Source of the DNA: Haliotis rubra
Taxonomy: Eukaryota
Assembly (NCBI RefSeq): GCF_003918875.1
Contig: NW_025765725.1
Location: 992,001 to 1,056,000, forward strand
DNA length: 64,000 nucleotides
Direction of reading: 5' to 3'
Below the pieces are notes generated by a model. That model was not told the origin of the DNA and did not search any database. It saw nothing but the letters and a program-made list of their open reading frames with translations. Of the stretch, positions 51,081-64,000 are shown in pieces (position 1 is the stretch's first letter; each line of letters opens with the position of its first letter). A program made the position numbers and the translations under genes.

Positions 51081-51502
51081 ATCATGTAATGGAGGGCGTT
51101 ATCGGTGCATTAAAGCAGTCTGATAAACTTGGCATCCAAATCAGGTAAATATGCAAATGAGGTCAAAACACGAACTACTTTCACAAAACTCCATACACGC
51201 CATGCGAATCCTAAAACATTTCAACATTCACTGACGACGTCGTCGCGAGGTTAGTTATAGCAATATGCCGCTGTCATGAACGACCTTCACCTTGGTGTAC
51301 CGCAAAGTATTCTTACGCGAATGCTCGATTCTCTTCATATAAATTCACGTACGATTTGCTTCTTTTTTGAGAGTAATTTTAAGAATAACATTGTATGATA
51401 AGGAGATTATTAATCTCGTGTGTTTCCGTATCTTTAATATCATATATTAGAAATATAAAATATATATTATGGTCGCATAATACAAGCTTTATTCCCAATA
51501 TA

Positions 51503-52976
51503 TACTGAACCACAAAGGAAACGTCGCCTTTCAAAACCAAATGCAAGATTGTGTTCTTAAGAAGTGGTGTTTTTATAATGATTGTATCCTATTGTTAACA
51601 TGTTTTTCAATCCAAATTGACAATTATTACCAACATCAGTGTGTTTTCTGATGAAAAAGCATATCGACCAAACCCACCTAAAAAGGCAGACGTGGTAAAG
51701 GTTTCCGTATGACATTCGTGAAAATGAAAATGCACGTGCATATCGTGACAACCCTACCAATGAAAGCGAGTCCCAAACTCACCTGAAATCATTTTTGTTT
51801 TGACGTAATCGCCATGGCATGAGATCAGAGGAACCAAGTCTTGGGACGATTGCAAGTGGGCCGGACTGGACTGAGGGCAGACAATCATTTTAATGTTCAT
51901 GATAGGACAATATACCGACAGCAGGAGTGGTATCACGTCACTAACAGCGTCCAAGACAGTCCACGCAGTGGGCGACTTTCAGTAACATCACAACATCAGA
52001 CCGACAGATTGTGCGCAACCGTCTGCAGGATCGCTTCCCCAGAGCAACGGAAACAGCACGCCAGACCATTGGGACTCACAACAGAACCATCAGTGCCGAA
52101 ACAGTGCGTTGACGTTTGCGCGGAAGACATCTCTGCTATCACAGACCGTATCGTAGTCATCACAGCAAAAACCGACTGCAATGGCCAAATCAGCACCGAA
52201 ATTAGCGTAATCGACAATGGATAACTGTCCTTTTTTGTCATGAAAGCCGATATTGTGTTTTGACAGTCGATGGCAGAGTGAGAGTATGGTGAAGGCGTGG
52301 GGAAAGAGACTCGTGGGGTGGTCCAAGCATCTAAGTATGGGGTGCAATTGGTCTGAACCAGATAGTTGGCACCGTGGTGTTCCAGAATCTTGGTCAGGAG
52401 GAGGAAATGACGTGACAGCTGCTCGCTATATTGACCAAGTCATAAGACCCCACGTTGTACCATATATTGGACGTTACAGAAATCACATCTTCCAGCAACA
52501 CAACGCTTGTGCCCACACTGCCAGAGTAATATTGGACTTGCTAAGACAACATGGCATCCAAACCCTACAATAGCCTGCACTCAGTCCTGATTTGAGTCCA
52601 ATAGAACACCTTTGGGACGAGATTCAAAGAAGACTGAATGACCTCCAACCAAGGCCAACAAGTGCGGCTGGACTCAATCAGGCATTTCACAGAGTATGGA
52701 CCCAAGTGCCTATGACTTTCATCAACCGGCTAATTCATTCCATGTACAGACGATGCAACGCTTTCGTCGATGCCCATGGAGGCTACACACAATACTGACT
52801 TTGGAGTATCTTGATGGTACCATTTTTGGTGATTTTGTTTGTGTGATTTCCGACAATATGATAACCAAAATTGTCAAGTTGAACTCAATCCTCCGTTTTG
52901 ATTGTTAATTAGAATGAATTAAAGTGTGTGCTTTAGGAAACCGCTATCGGTGCGACATTTCTTTTGTGGTTCAGTA
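51503..52976 (+). mobile_element. Tc1 transposon, decayed
   Basis: TIRs tactgaaccacaaa…/…tttgtggttcagta with TA flanks. Fragments: PRSGR, VTAARYIDQVIRPHVVP, FQQHNA, SPIEHLWDEI…AHGGYTQY. Confidence 0.9.
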
Positions 52977-55261
52977 TATTATATTAATGATACGGAAACA
53001 CACGAGGTTAATAATCTCTGTGACCTACCTTTGCATGTGTTTATGACATGTGCCCCAGTGGTGCAGGATAGGCCTACATTTTCACGAACACCAGCTATAA
53101 TCACTATTTGATGGTGATAAACAACATGCTCATGATACACTCGTTACCATTAATCGTCAAACGACTCTTCTTTTAGACGAGATTTCTTTTGAATATGGCC
53201 AAGCATTATCTCGCTTTAGTAAGTATTAACATTTTAAACAGTTTCCAATCGATATACAAGAATAAAACAGTAATGTTATAACGACGTTATTTAAAAAATA
53301 TCAACTTTTGCACACGCGAAGTAGCAGTCAAGTACATATTCGGTGATACATCCTCTGAGTAATTGTCGGAGATTCTTTTTAAATGTGTCAGCAATAAGTT
53401 CACAATTACCTTAAGATGACAATGGGCGATTTGACAAGACATGTATCGGACGTATAAATACAAATATATAGTACTTAAGTCCGTTTGTCAAAGATTGAAC
53501 TTCCTAGTGCAGTGGGAACTGTATGCTTGGTCGGTAATGGACGTTCCCAAGGTAGTGTTTTCAGTCCTTGCTTGTTTATGTAATTAAAATATGTAAAATG
53601 GAAATCTTCAATTAATTTCCTGGTAATTCTACAATACTAGTAGATAAAAACCTTGGTGATATCAAGGCCGCCAATAAATAACCTGTGTGATCTGTCAGCA
53701 ACGTCTTTCATCTTCACAGCGACATGGTCGTACTAAATGTCACTTCGCAATTGAAAGAAGGTTTCAGAATAATCATGGCGCCATGTACAAACTTCAAAAG
53801 AAACAAACGCTGGTACGATCACTAGAGTATGCAAAATGGAGACCTTTGCATGCTGTGAGTAGACCGGCCGTTCACGTCGTCATAATAATAGCGGACTTTA
53901 GATAATTTCTAAATGATTGAAAACGGAGTCAGCTGGATAATGAATATTCTGAGCCAAATATTGTCAGTCGCTGCCGGTTGCATATACACAAATGACATAG
54001 AGAGCATGTCTGAATGTTTAGAATTTGATTCTAATTACAGTTATTTAATTTTTCTAAGATGCCAAATTAAAACTTTCTAAGGATAATTACGATTAATCTA
54101 AGGCAGAAAACAAACGACGGTGTCGGTGACTTAAATTAAGAATCCTCGCACAGGGCTAAATGGCGCGCTGTTCTATTGATGTGACTGCCTCCTACGTTAA
54201 GACCTACGTTACAAGAAAAAAACAAATGATAAACAGTTTGATGACGGGTTACGTTCTGATTAAATATCCTTCTAAATTATTTTAATTACATCTGTCATTA
54301 ACGTAAACCGTATGGGGCAATATGAACGTTGCATTTCTAGATCAGTTTAGATCAGTACATCCAGATGAAGCTGAGTAGTCAAGCGACATTCCACGATTGC
54401 ATTGTGGGAATGTAAACATTGCGAACGTTACCGTGTCGCTGAAAACTTGTGAGTCGAATTGAGACATTTTAAACGTCGGAAAACATAAACGTAATGTTTC
54501 CACCAGTGACGTTAGCTGCGTGAAGCAACTGCAAACCAAGACACGGGATGCAACGGAGCAGTTTACTGTAGGAGGCTGTACGAGGCGATGACAACTGACA
54601 TGCATCGTGACGTCGCTTACATTGTGACGTAATGCAAAATTGTTCGATTACGAGGGGGCAGACTAGAATGGCATTACATTGTGACGTAATGCAAAAAGTG
54701 CACATTATCGTCTGATAAAGTACTGTCGGCGCCTTTGATCTTTCACCGAAGCAATAAAGAGTTTTATTACCTACGAGGGCGAAAATATCGGGGTTCATAT
54801 TTTTCATACGATGCCCTAGGGCAAAATATCACTTTGTGATGGTGACGTGACGTCATGAACAATATTATGACGTCACGTTTCTTCTCTAACGTTGCGTTGC
54901 AGCGACGGCGGGTAGCCAGCCTATGTTTGAAAGTAGATTTGGGTCTATTTTCCTCAATTTGACGACTTCGGTAATACACAGACTATTATATGACCCCATA
55001 TCATACTATGTTTACGACACTCGTGCCTAAATATCGGTATATCCCGCGCTCTCGCTCGGGAAATACCAACCATTAGGCACTCGTGTCGTAAACATAGTAT
55101 CATATGGGCACTCATATATATCCTCTATATAGAGTACAGGTTTTTGCCGCTTTTAACAATATTTAAGCAATGATAATTGTTGTTGGACGTTTTAACTTGC
55201 TACTAGTATATGTTTAAATGCAGCAATTGGTGGGATTGTGGGCAGGCTCGAGACGTTCTAG

Positions 55262-58200
55262 TGGGGATGTGGGTAGGGTGTAGATGTTGTTTGGTTGGTG
55301 TGGGGGTAGGGTGTAGATGTTGTTTGGTGGGTGTGGGAGTAGGGTGTAGGTGTTGTTTGGTGGGGGTAGGGTGTAGATGTTGTTTGGTGGGGGTAGGGTG
55401 TAGATGTTGTTTGGTGGGTGAGGGTAGGGTGTAGGTGTTGTTTGTGTGGGGTAGGGTGTAGGTGTTGTTTGGTTGGTGTGGGGGTAGGGTGTTGATGTTG
55501 TTTGGTGGGTGTGGGGGTAGGGTGTAGATGTTGTTTGGTTGGTGTGTGGGTAGGGTGTCGGTGTTGTTTGGTGGGTGTGGGTGTAGGGCGTGTAGATGTT
55601 GTTTGGTTGGTGTGGGGGTAGGGTGTAGATGTTGTTTGGTGGGTGTGGGGGTAGGGCGTAGATGTTGTTTGGTTGGTGTTGGGGTAGGGTGTAGGTGTTA
55701 TTTGGTGGATGTGAGTGTAGGGCGTAGATGTTGTTTGGTGGGTGTGGGGGTAGGGTGTAGATGTTGTTTGGTGGGTGTGGGGGTAGGGCGTAGATGTTGT
55801 TTGGTTGGTGTGGGTGTAGGGCGTAGATGTTGTTTGGTTGGTGTGGGGGTAGGGTGTAGAGTGTTGTTTGGTTGGTGTGGGGGTAGGGTGTAGATGTAAT
55901 TTGGTGGGTGTGGGTGTAGGGCGTAGATGTTGTTTGGTTGGTGTGGGGGTAGGGCGTAGATGTTGTTTGGTTGGTGTGTGGGGTAGAGTTGTAGATGTTG
56001 TTGTTTGGTAAGGTGTGTATGGATAGGGTGTAGATGTTGTTTGTAGGTGAGTGTGTGAAATTAGGGCGTAGATGTTGTTTAGTTGGTGTGTGGGTAGGAG
56101 GGTATCGGTGTTGTTTGGTGGGTGTAGGAGTAGTGTGTAGATGTTGTTTGGTTGAGTGTATTAGGGGTAGTGGTGTGGGAGTGTTGTTTGGTGGAGTGTG
56201 TGGGTACAGTGTCGGTGTTGTTTGGTGGGTGTGTGGATAGGGTGCAGATGTTGTTTGGTGGGTGTGGGGGTAGGGCGTAGATGTTGTTTGGTTGGTGTGT
56301 GGGTAGGGTGTCGGTGTTGTTTGGTGGGTGTGGGGGTAGTGTGTAGATGTTGTTTGGTTGGTGTGGGGGTAAGATTATGGAGGTGTTGTTTGGTGGGTGT
56401 GTGGGTACGGTGTCGGTGTTGTTTGGTGGGTGTGGGGGTAGGGTGTAGATGTTGTTTGGTTGGTGTGGGTGTAGGGTGTAGATGTTGTTTGGTGCGTGTG
56501 TGTATAGGGTGCAGATGTTGTTTGGTGTGTGTGGGGGTGGGGCGTAGATGTTGTTTGGTTGGTGTGTGGGTAGGGTGTCGGTGTTGTTTGGTGGGTGTGG
56601 GGGTAGGGGGTAGATGTTGTTTGGTTGGTTTTGGGGGTAGGGTGTAGATGTTGTTCAGTAGAATTGTGGGGTGTAGGGTGTAGGTGTTGTTTGGTGGGTG
56701 TGTGGGTAGGGTGTGTCAGTGTTGTTTGGTGGAACAGGTGTGGGTGTAGGGCGTAGATGCTGTTTGGTTGGTGTGAAGGTAGGGTGTAGGTGTTATTTGG
56801 TGGATGTGAGTGTAGTTTAGGGATGTGGAATGTTGTTTGGTTGGGTGTAGGGGTAGGGTGTAGATGTTGTTTAGTGGGTGTGGGGAGTAGGAGATGTAGA
56901 TGTTGTTTGGTGGAGTGTGGGTGTAGTGTACATAGATGTTTATTTTGGTTGTGGTGTATGTGGGGTAGGGTGTAGAGTGTTGTTTAGTTAGGGTTAATAG
57001 AGGGTAGGGTGTAGATGTAATTTGGTGGGTGTGGAGTGTAGGGCGTAGATGTTGTTTAGTAGAGTGGTGTAGGGGTAGGGATATTAATGTGTTGTTTGGT
57101 AAGGTGTATGGGAGTAGGTTGTGGATGTTGTTTGGTGGGTGTGTGGATAGGATTGCAGATGTTGTTTAGTGGGTGTGGGGGTAGAGGTGTGGAGTGTTGT
57201 TTTAGTTGTGTGTGTGGGTAGGAGTGTCGTAGGGTGTTGTTTGGTGGGTGTGGGGGTAGTGTGTAGATGTTGTTTGGTTAAGGGTGTGAGGGGTAGGGTG
57301 TAGGGTGTTGTTTGTATTGGGTGTGTGGGTACAGTGTCCGGTGTTGTTTAGTGGAGTGTGAGGTAGGAAGTGTAGATATTGTTTTGGTTAGTGAGGTGTA
57401 GGGTGTAGATGTTGTTTGGTTAAGTGTGTGTATAGGGTGCAGATGTTGTTTTAGTGTGTGTGTAGGAATTGGGGCATGTAGATGTTGTTTGGTTGGTGTG
57501 TGGGTAAGGTGTCGGTGTTGTTTGGTAGGTGTGGGAGTAAGGGGGGTAGATGTTGTTTGGTTGGTTTAGGGTAGAGATTGTAGAATGTTGTTCAGTGGAG
57601 TGTGGGTGTAAGGGTGTAGAGTGTTGTTTTGGTGGGGTGTGTGGGTACAGTGTCAGTGTTGTTTAGTGGAGTGTGTGGAAGTGTAGGAGTGTAAATGCTG
57701 TTTGGTTGGTGTAGGGGTAGGGCGTAGATGTTGTTTAGTAGGTGTGTGGGTAGGGTGTAGAGTGTGTTGTTTGGTGTGTGTGTGGGTAGAAGGTAGTAGG
57801 TGTTGTTTGGTGGGTGTGTGAGTAGGGCGTCGGTGTTGTTTAGTAGGTGTGTGGGTAGAGTGTCGGTGTTGTTTAGAAGGTGTGTGTATAGGTTGTTTGT
57901 AGTGTGTAGGTGTAGAAGTGTAGGTGTTGTTTGAGTGGGTGTGGGGGTAGGGCGTAGATGTTGTTTGGTTGGGTGTGTGGGTAGGGTGTAGGTGTTGTTT
58001 TGGTGGTGTGTGTGGGTAGGAAGTGGGTGTGGATGTAGGGTGTGTGGAGAATGTTGTTTAGTGGGTAGTGTGTGTAGAGGCATGTAGATGTTGTTTGGTA
58101 GTAAGTGTGTGGGTAGAATTGTTGAAGATGTTGTTTGGTGGGTGTGGGGGTAGGGTGTGGGAGTGTTGTTTTGGTGGATGTGTGGGTAGGGTGTAGGTGT

Positions 58201-59530
58201 TGTTTGGTGGGTGTGGGGCCAGGTGTAGGTGTTGTTTGGTGGGTGTGTGAAGTAGGGTGTAGAGTGTTGTTTGGTAGGTGTGGGGTAGGGTGTAGAGTGT
58301 TGTTTGGTTGGTGTGTAGGGGTAGGGTGTTTGGTGTGTGTGTAGGGTGTAGAGTGTTGTTTGGTAGGTGTGGGTGTAGGGTGTAGGTGTTGTTTAGTAGG
58401 TGTGTGAGTAGAGGTGTAGGTGTTGTTTGGTGGGTAGTGTGTAGGAGTGTAGATGTTGTTTGGTGGTGTGTGTGGGTGTTGTTAGATTGTGTGTGTGTGA
58501 GTAGGGTGTAGGTGTTGTTTGGTGGGTGTGTGTGTAGGAAGGTGTAGGTGTTGTTTGGTGGGTAGTGTGTAGTAGGGTGTAGGTGTTGTTTGGTGGGTGT
58601 GTGAAGTAGGGTGTAGGTGTTGTTTGTTTGGTGGGTGTGTGATAGAGTAGGGTGTAGGTGTTGTTTGGTTGGTAGTGTGTAGGGTGTAGATGTTGTTTGG
58701 TGGGTGTGTGGGTAGGGTGTCGGTGTTGTTTGGTTGGTGTGGGTGTAGGGTGTAGGTGTTGTTTGGTGGGTGTGTGGGTAGGGTGTAGGTGTTGTTTGGT
58801 AGGTGTGTGAGTAGGGTGTAGATGTTGTTTGGTGGGTGTGGGTGTAGGGTGTAGGTGTTGTTTGGTTGGTGTGTGGGTAGGATGTAGTTGTTGTTTGGTA
58901 GGTGTGTGGGTAGGGTGTTGGTGTTGTTTGGTGGGTGTGGGTGTAGGGTGTAGGTGTTGTTTGGTGGGTAGTGTGTAGGGTGTAGATGTTGTTTGGTAGG
59001 TGTGTGGGTAGGGTGTAGGTGTTGTTTGGTGGACGTGGGTGTAGGGTGTAGGTGTTGTTTTGGTGTGTGTGTGGGTAGGGTGTAGGTGTTGTTTGGTTGG
59101 TGTGGGGGTAGGGTGTAGGTGTTGTTTGGTGGGTGTGTGAGTAGGGTGTAGGTGTTGTTTGGTTGGTGTGTGGGTAGGGTATAGGTTTTGTTTGGTGGGT
59201 GTGGGGGTAGGTTGTAGTTGTTGTTTGGTGGGTGTGTGGGTGAGTGTAGATGTGGTTTGGTGGGGATGAGGGTAGGCTGTAGGTTCTGTTTAATGGGTTG
59301 ATGGGTAGGGCGTAGGTATTGTTTGGTGAGTGGGGTGTAGGTGTTGTTTGGTGGATAGGGTTTAGGTACTTTTTGTGGGTGTGCGGGTAGGGTGAAGATG
59401 TTGTTTGGTGAGGATGTGGGTAAGTTGAGATCTTTTCTGTTTCTGGGTGAATAGTATTTATTTGTGGGTGGGGGTGTTGGTTTGTGTTTGTGCACGTGGT
59501 GCGGACGTGCATGGGTTGTAGGTGTGTTTT
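55262..59530 (+). repeat. 33-bp G/T-rich minisatellite array, ~4.3 kb
   Basis: Unit gtagggtgtagatgttgtttggtgggtgtgggg; indel-rich centre. Confidence 0.95.
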
Positions 59531-60214
59531 GATATACTTACGGGTGAAACAGTCAGTGAGATTTTTCAGTGAAAGAGTAAAGTGATAGTGATATTTCACT
59601 GCAGTGACAGAAATCTGATCTGTTCACTGTTGTCAAAATATCACTTTGTTGGAAATGCTTCGTGGCTCAACAATGTTTTCTGTCAAGCATCTTGTTACAC
59701 AATACCATAAATGGCGATGTAAACATATTCATTTCACCAAATGCATTTGGTCATCAAACGTGGGCTCCGGCGAAGAAAATATTCAGTGCATCCGCACTAA
59801 GCGAGTTCGTCTGTGACTGTCTCTCGGTGTGTTGCTTCGAGCACGTGTGAGTTTACATCTGTTCAAAACACTTGAGTTACGTGAGTGCTGGCAGCTTTCA
59901 ACACTGGCATACGTTTGACTTTTTTCATTATATGGGCCGAAGTCATTACTAGTCTGTCTCACAGTCCCCGACCCACAGTCCCTGGCGAGTCTTCCCTGCC
60001 ATGCTACATCGCTAAATGAGGCAAGTCTAGATTCCCTTCCATCTCACTGGAGCTCATTTCCAGATTAAATGGGGCTATTTGTTACTATCAAAATGATATA
60101 TATTCAGAGAATAAGCGTTATTATTACCTGTATATATGCTTACTGACACAGCAAATTGGTGATTTGTTTCCCTTAATCGTGGAATTCCCATTCTCGTTTG
60201 TTTGTGGTTCTCAT

Positions 60215-60509
60215 AAGGGGTGAAACAGCATATCGCGGTATTTTGCCTCCGGTTCGGTATACCGAATGCAATCCAAAATTTCTTTTTTTCGGTTTTCGTA
60301 CCGTCATTTTATTAACTTTTAAAAAGATTTCTTCTAAAATATCTAGAAATCGAATCATTTTGTCAAAATCTATGCATTTCTTTGCTAGACGGCCGCTACT
60401 TTCCCTGAAATATATTCTGCTATACCGAACCGAAACGGACCGAACCGAAGATTTTGTACCGCAATACATATAAACCGAACCGTGGTTAGAGAGTACCGTT
60501 TCACACTTA
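60215..60509. mobile_element. hAT-type MITE
   Basis: Perfect 8-bp TSD gttctcat; TIRs aaggggtgaaac / gtttcacactta; subterminal accga repeats. Confidence 0.8.
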
Positions 60510-61671
60510 GTTCTCATGTATTATTGCGTTAGCACCGAGATTTGACGCGCACGCTGAGACAAAAAAGATCGTTTGATGGATCTTATCTTAAGTGCTGATC
60601 ATATTCAAATAATGACAATAGATACAAATATGGCAACTGATACAGATGTTTTAACTCGGTTTTTATTTTATTTTCGAATACCGAACTATAGCTTATCTGT
60701 GCGCCTGGACAAAGAGGTGAACAGTCTTTAGTTTAGAGTTGGGAGAATTTGGCTTTCGTTCATCGCATTTTCTCAGATTGATAATGTTTAAATTTAATTA
60801 AACAAAATTGGAAGCTAATAATGAATAGAATATTCCACGTGTCTAGTGAAATATGATTTATTACACACGTGTTCTGAATATCTTTCAGGCAGCTTGCAAT
60901 ATCGAGGTGGCAACAGAAAGTTTGCCATTGTGACGTCACTATCGTTGAATAACCTAGTTTGGTTACACAGCACTTGTTGGATAACTTTCAACTTGTTACA
61001 CAACAACTATCTAACAACAAAATTATCTAAAAAATATATTCAGAACACGTGTGTAATAAATAGACATTACAAAACGAGTGGGTGTTGAATATAGAAAATA
61101 TTGCAACAAAATATTGTTAAACGTTTTGATTTATACAGAGATTACAAAACCAGTGGGTGTTGAATATGGAAAAAAATATCGTTGCAATAATTTCCATATT
61201 CAACACACACTCGTTTTGTAATGTCTATGTGTATCTGTCATCTCGAAATATAGGATAAGATAGATGTCGTTTGAACATAACTTTTGCATTATTCTCTGAG
61301 ACACATGTTGTTTACGAGAAAAAACGTTAAAAAAACAGTTGTTACAATAAGCAACAGTCGTTAACTGGCAATGCCGTTCGCTTATTGATATTGTACGTAC
61401 GCTTCACGAATTTCATGACAAACTCATGAAAGGTGAAAGGGAGATCACTCTCAATAAGCTACCTCCCTCCGTGCAAGAGCTATTTCTCGAAGTATTGATG
61501 GTCTGGGCTGCTTATATCAAAATAGTTTATATGTGAGGACAGAATACGCAGAATCTGACTCAACTTGTCGACAATCATGAAGAGAGGCAGGTCACCGTTA
61601 GTGGAGGATGAAGGAGAAAGAAAGAAGACTGATGTTGGCATTAAGCTGAGTCAAAGGGGTACGTGAAATAC

Positions 61672-61824
61672 TGACTGACTGACTGAGTATGGTTTTACGC
61701 CGTTTTTAGCAATATTCCAGCAATATCACAGCGGGGGACACCAAATATGGGCTTCACAAATTGTACCCATGTGGGGAATTGAACCCGGGCGTACGCTTTA
61801 ACCAATAGGCTACCCCTACGCCCC
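61672..61824 (-). mobile_element. SINE A
   Basis: TSD ggtacgtgaaatac. Confidence 0.85.
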
Positions 61825-61844
61825 GGTACGTGAAATACAATATT

Positions 61845-62231
61845 TTATCATCCAAAACTGTGTTCCACAGGAGATATCGCTTGTGTGAGATCATATGATA
61901 TCTCCTAGGAGATATCGTTTTGACAGTAGATTTTGTACAATGCCCTGACAATGCTATGACGTCATCAACTTTGATGACGTCACAATGCTATGACATCACT
62001 GCACAGCAAGTCTAATGGCAGTACAGTGTTGAGAGATGTACATTTTTCATTGAAAACTAATGAAGAATGATTTTTGATGATAAATAGAATCTCACCCTCG
62101 TGTCTACTGACATCAATTATATCAACACTCGTTGATAAAAGTGAAAATATCCTTGGCACGCCTCGGACATTTGTAACTTTATCAACTCGTGTTGATATAA
62201 TTGATATCAGTAGACACTTGGGTGAGATTCT
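61845..62231 (+). mobile_element. Second copy of the hairpin element
   Basis: Colinear with 32455-32830. Confidence 0.75.
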
Positions 62232-64000
62232 TGTATGGTTGTACAGAAGAACAATTTTGCAGGAGCTGTACATATATTCTGCAGAATCTTACCTTCAATA
62301 ATATGGCTGAGTTGTTATTTTGACTCTCTATTAAACAGCGATTGGCTGCCTCGGACAAGATTGACTGCTGCTTATTTGTTGAACACAAAACACAACACAA
62401 AATTCCTTCACTCACTAGCCAAGAAATGATCAATTCACATGTACACCCAATAAACTAGTCAGCAGTGCACATTCTCGAGTACCCATTAAGCACAAAACAT
62501 ATATAAAATTATATGTGTTGTTTCAGGATATTTGATCTGACTCTTGATCCATGTTGATAAGGGGCGGTGGGGTGGTTAAAGCGTTTGCTCGACACGCCGA
62601 AGACCTGGGTTGGATTCCCCTCATGGGCACAATGAGTGAAGCCCATTTCTGATGTCACCCACCATGATATTGCTGGAATATTGCCAGAAGCCGCGTAAAA
62701 CTCAACTCATGTTGATATCAACATATCCACATGAATCAGTGCTCATGCTGTCCACCACTGGTTGCCCTGGTGTTTTGGAGAAGGTTGCATCATTGTTGAT
62801 TGTGGCAGAAAACAATATTCATTCACTCAATTGATCAAGCAAGCAATTTGTAAGGCAATCCAGAAAGCATTTTGACTGCATATTACAGATGAGTAATTAA
62901 ATGAATTTAATAATTATATGTAGCCCATATGACTGCAGTGTTTATTGTGTGCCCACAGAGCGGTCAATCCACCCACCCACAACCTCGGCAGCCCGGGTCC
63001 AGTGGGGGCCATACCTGGCGGAGAGGCAGTGGGGAACCGTCAGGGAGGACAGGTCTACAGACGGAAACTGGTTTGTACTAACAGAGGGAGGGCTTGTCAG
63101 GTGACATTCACTGCAAGTCTATTCTGGGTACACCTATAGTAAACCAATACCTATCGTCCATATCCTCTAGTGTCATGGGCACTTCCTATTATAGGAAGCA
63201 CAAGCTATAAAATTTGCAAAAATAAGAGAGCATCAAATAAAAAATAACCATTAAAATCTGTTTATTTGTATCGACTTCCGGTCAGTAAAACTAACCAACG
63301 GTTTTGAAAATAGAAGGTAAATTATCACAAATAAAAATATGTATATATGAGTGTTTGAAAAATCGGACCAACGGAATTCTGCGAGTTGGAGCGAATGAGC
63401 ACGGGAAAGTTGCCTTACCCTAAATATATGACAACCTTGATATGTACAGAAGATTTAGATTCAGGAGAATTGACATTTTCAAGATAGTGGATACAATCAG
63501 AAGTGATACTGATTATGGCTCCTATCGCAATTTCTCCACATATTATTTCTCCATCGGAAAAGTTGGGTTTTCTCGTTTCTTTTTGGTTTTCCATGATTAC
63601 GACTGAAATGCATGTGTCGCGAAGTCTTTTCGCGCCCTTTCCCGAAGGTTTAGAAATGTTCGATAATCTAAAAAAAGCACACTACGCCTCGACGTAAAGT
63701 CGGGCGTAGTAATGCCTAGGCTTAACCGATGTTGTGCATGACGTGTTAGAGCAGGGCGCTGCTAAGCCCGACGTAGTGTGTTACGCCTGACGTTAACTAC
63801 GCCCGACATGCATATAGCCTCAGAAATATCACAAATAGGCTTCACACATTGTACCCAGGTGAGGAATCAAATGTTGGCATGACTAGTGAACACTTTAACC
63901 ACTAGGCTACCCCACTGCCCTACTGTGATGGAACTGGAATACTTACAGTGTGTCAGTCTAGTGGTTACAGTGTTAGTTCATCATGAAACAGACCCTGGTT

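Noticed and set aside
58058-59599. 513-aa mucin-like ORF and the Cys/Gly/Val ORFs on the opposite strand
   Set aside because: Produced by the 33-bp array. No ATG-initiated signal peptide, and the repeat phase drifts between frames.

Overview
This is AT-rich, repeat-dense animal genomic DNA. The SINE repertoire with (ACTC)n tails suggests a mollusc, possibly a gastropod such as abalone, but that is an inference. The assembly is draft quality, with three N-gaps and signs of unpolished indels. There is one convincing host coding exon (7190-8796, +), split by a single-base frameshift near 7493. Repaired, it encodes a ~510-535 aa, largely disordered protein with no recognisable folded domain. It carries a perfect CtBP motif (PLDLS), a cluster of WRPW-like Groucho motifs and two C-terminal CoRNR-like helices, so it is a candidate multi-corepressor adaptor and the best novelty candidate here. 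The rest is mostly mobile DNA. It includes a full-length Gypsy (Mag-like) LTR element (11126-16394, 165-bp LTRs, ATAGT TSD, tRNA-Ser PBS) with a nested MITE, and a DD81E Sailor-type transposon (30592-32926) that splits a tRNA-Leu/CORE-like SINE. There are also two decayed Tc1 elements, MULE, LINE and Penelope remnants, many MITEs and foldback elements, and several SINE-like families with a related 3' tail. One of these has a non-tRNA head predicted to form a pseudoknot. Satellites include an 18-bp-monomer array that switches from a 72-bp to a 36-bp higher-order repeat and a 4.3-kb G/T-rich 33-mer array. A ~500-bp GC-rich island (17414-17916) and a ~0.9-kb tandem duplication may be assembly artefacts.
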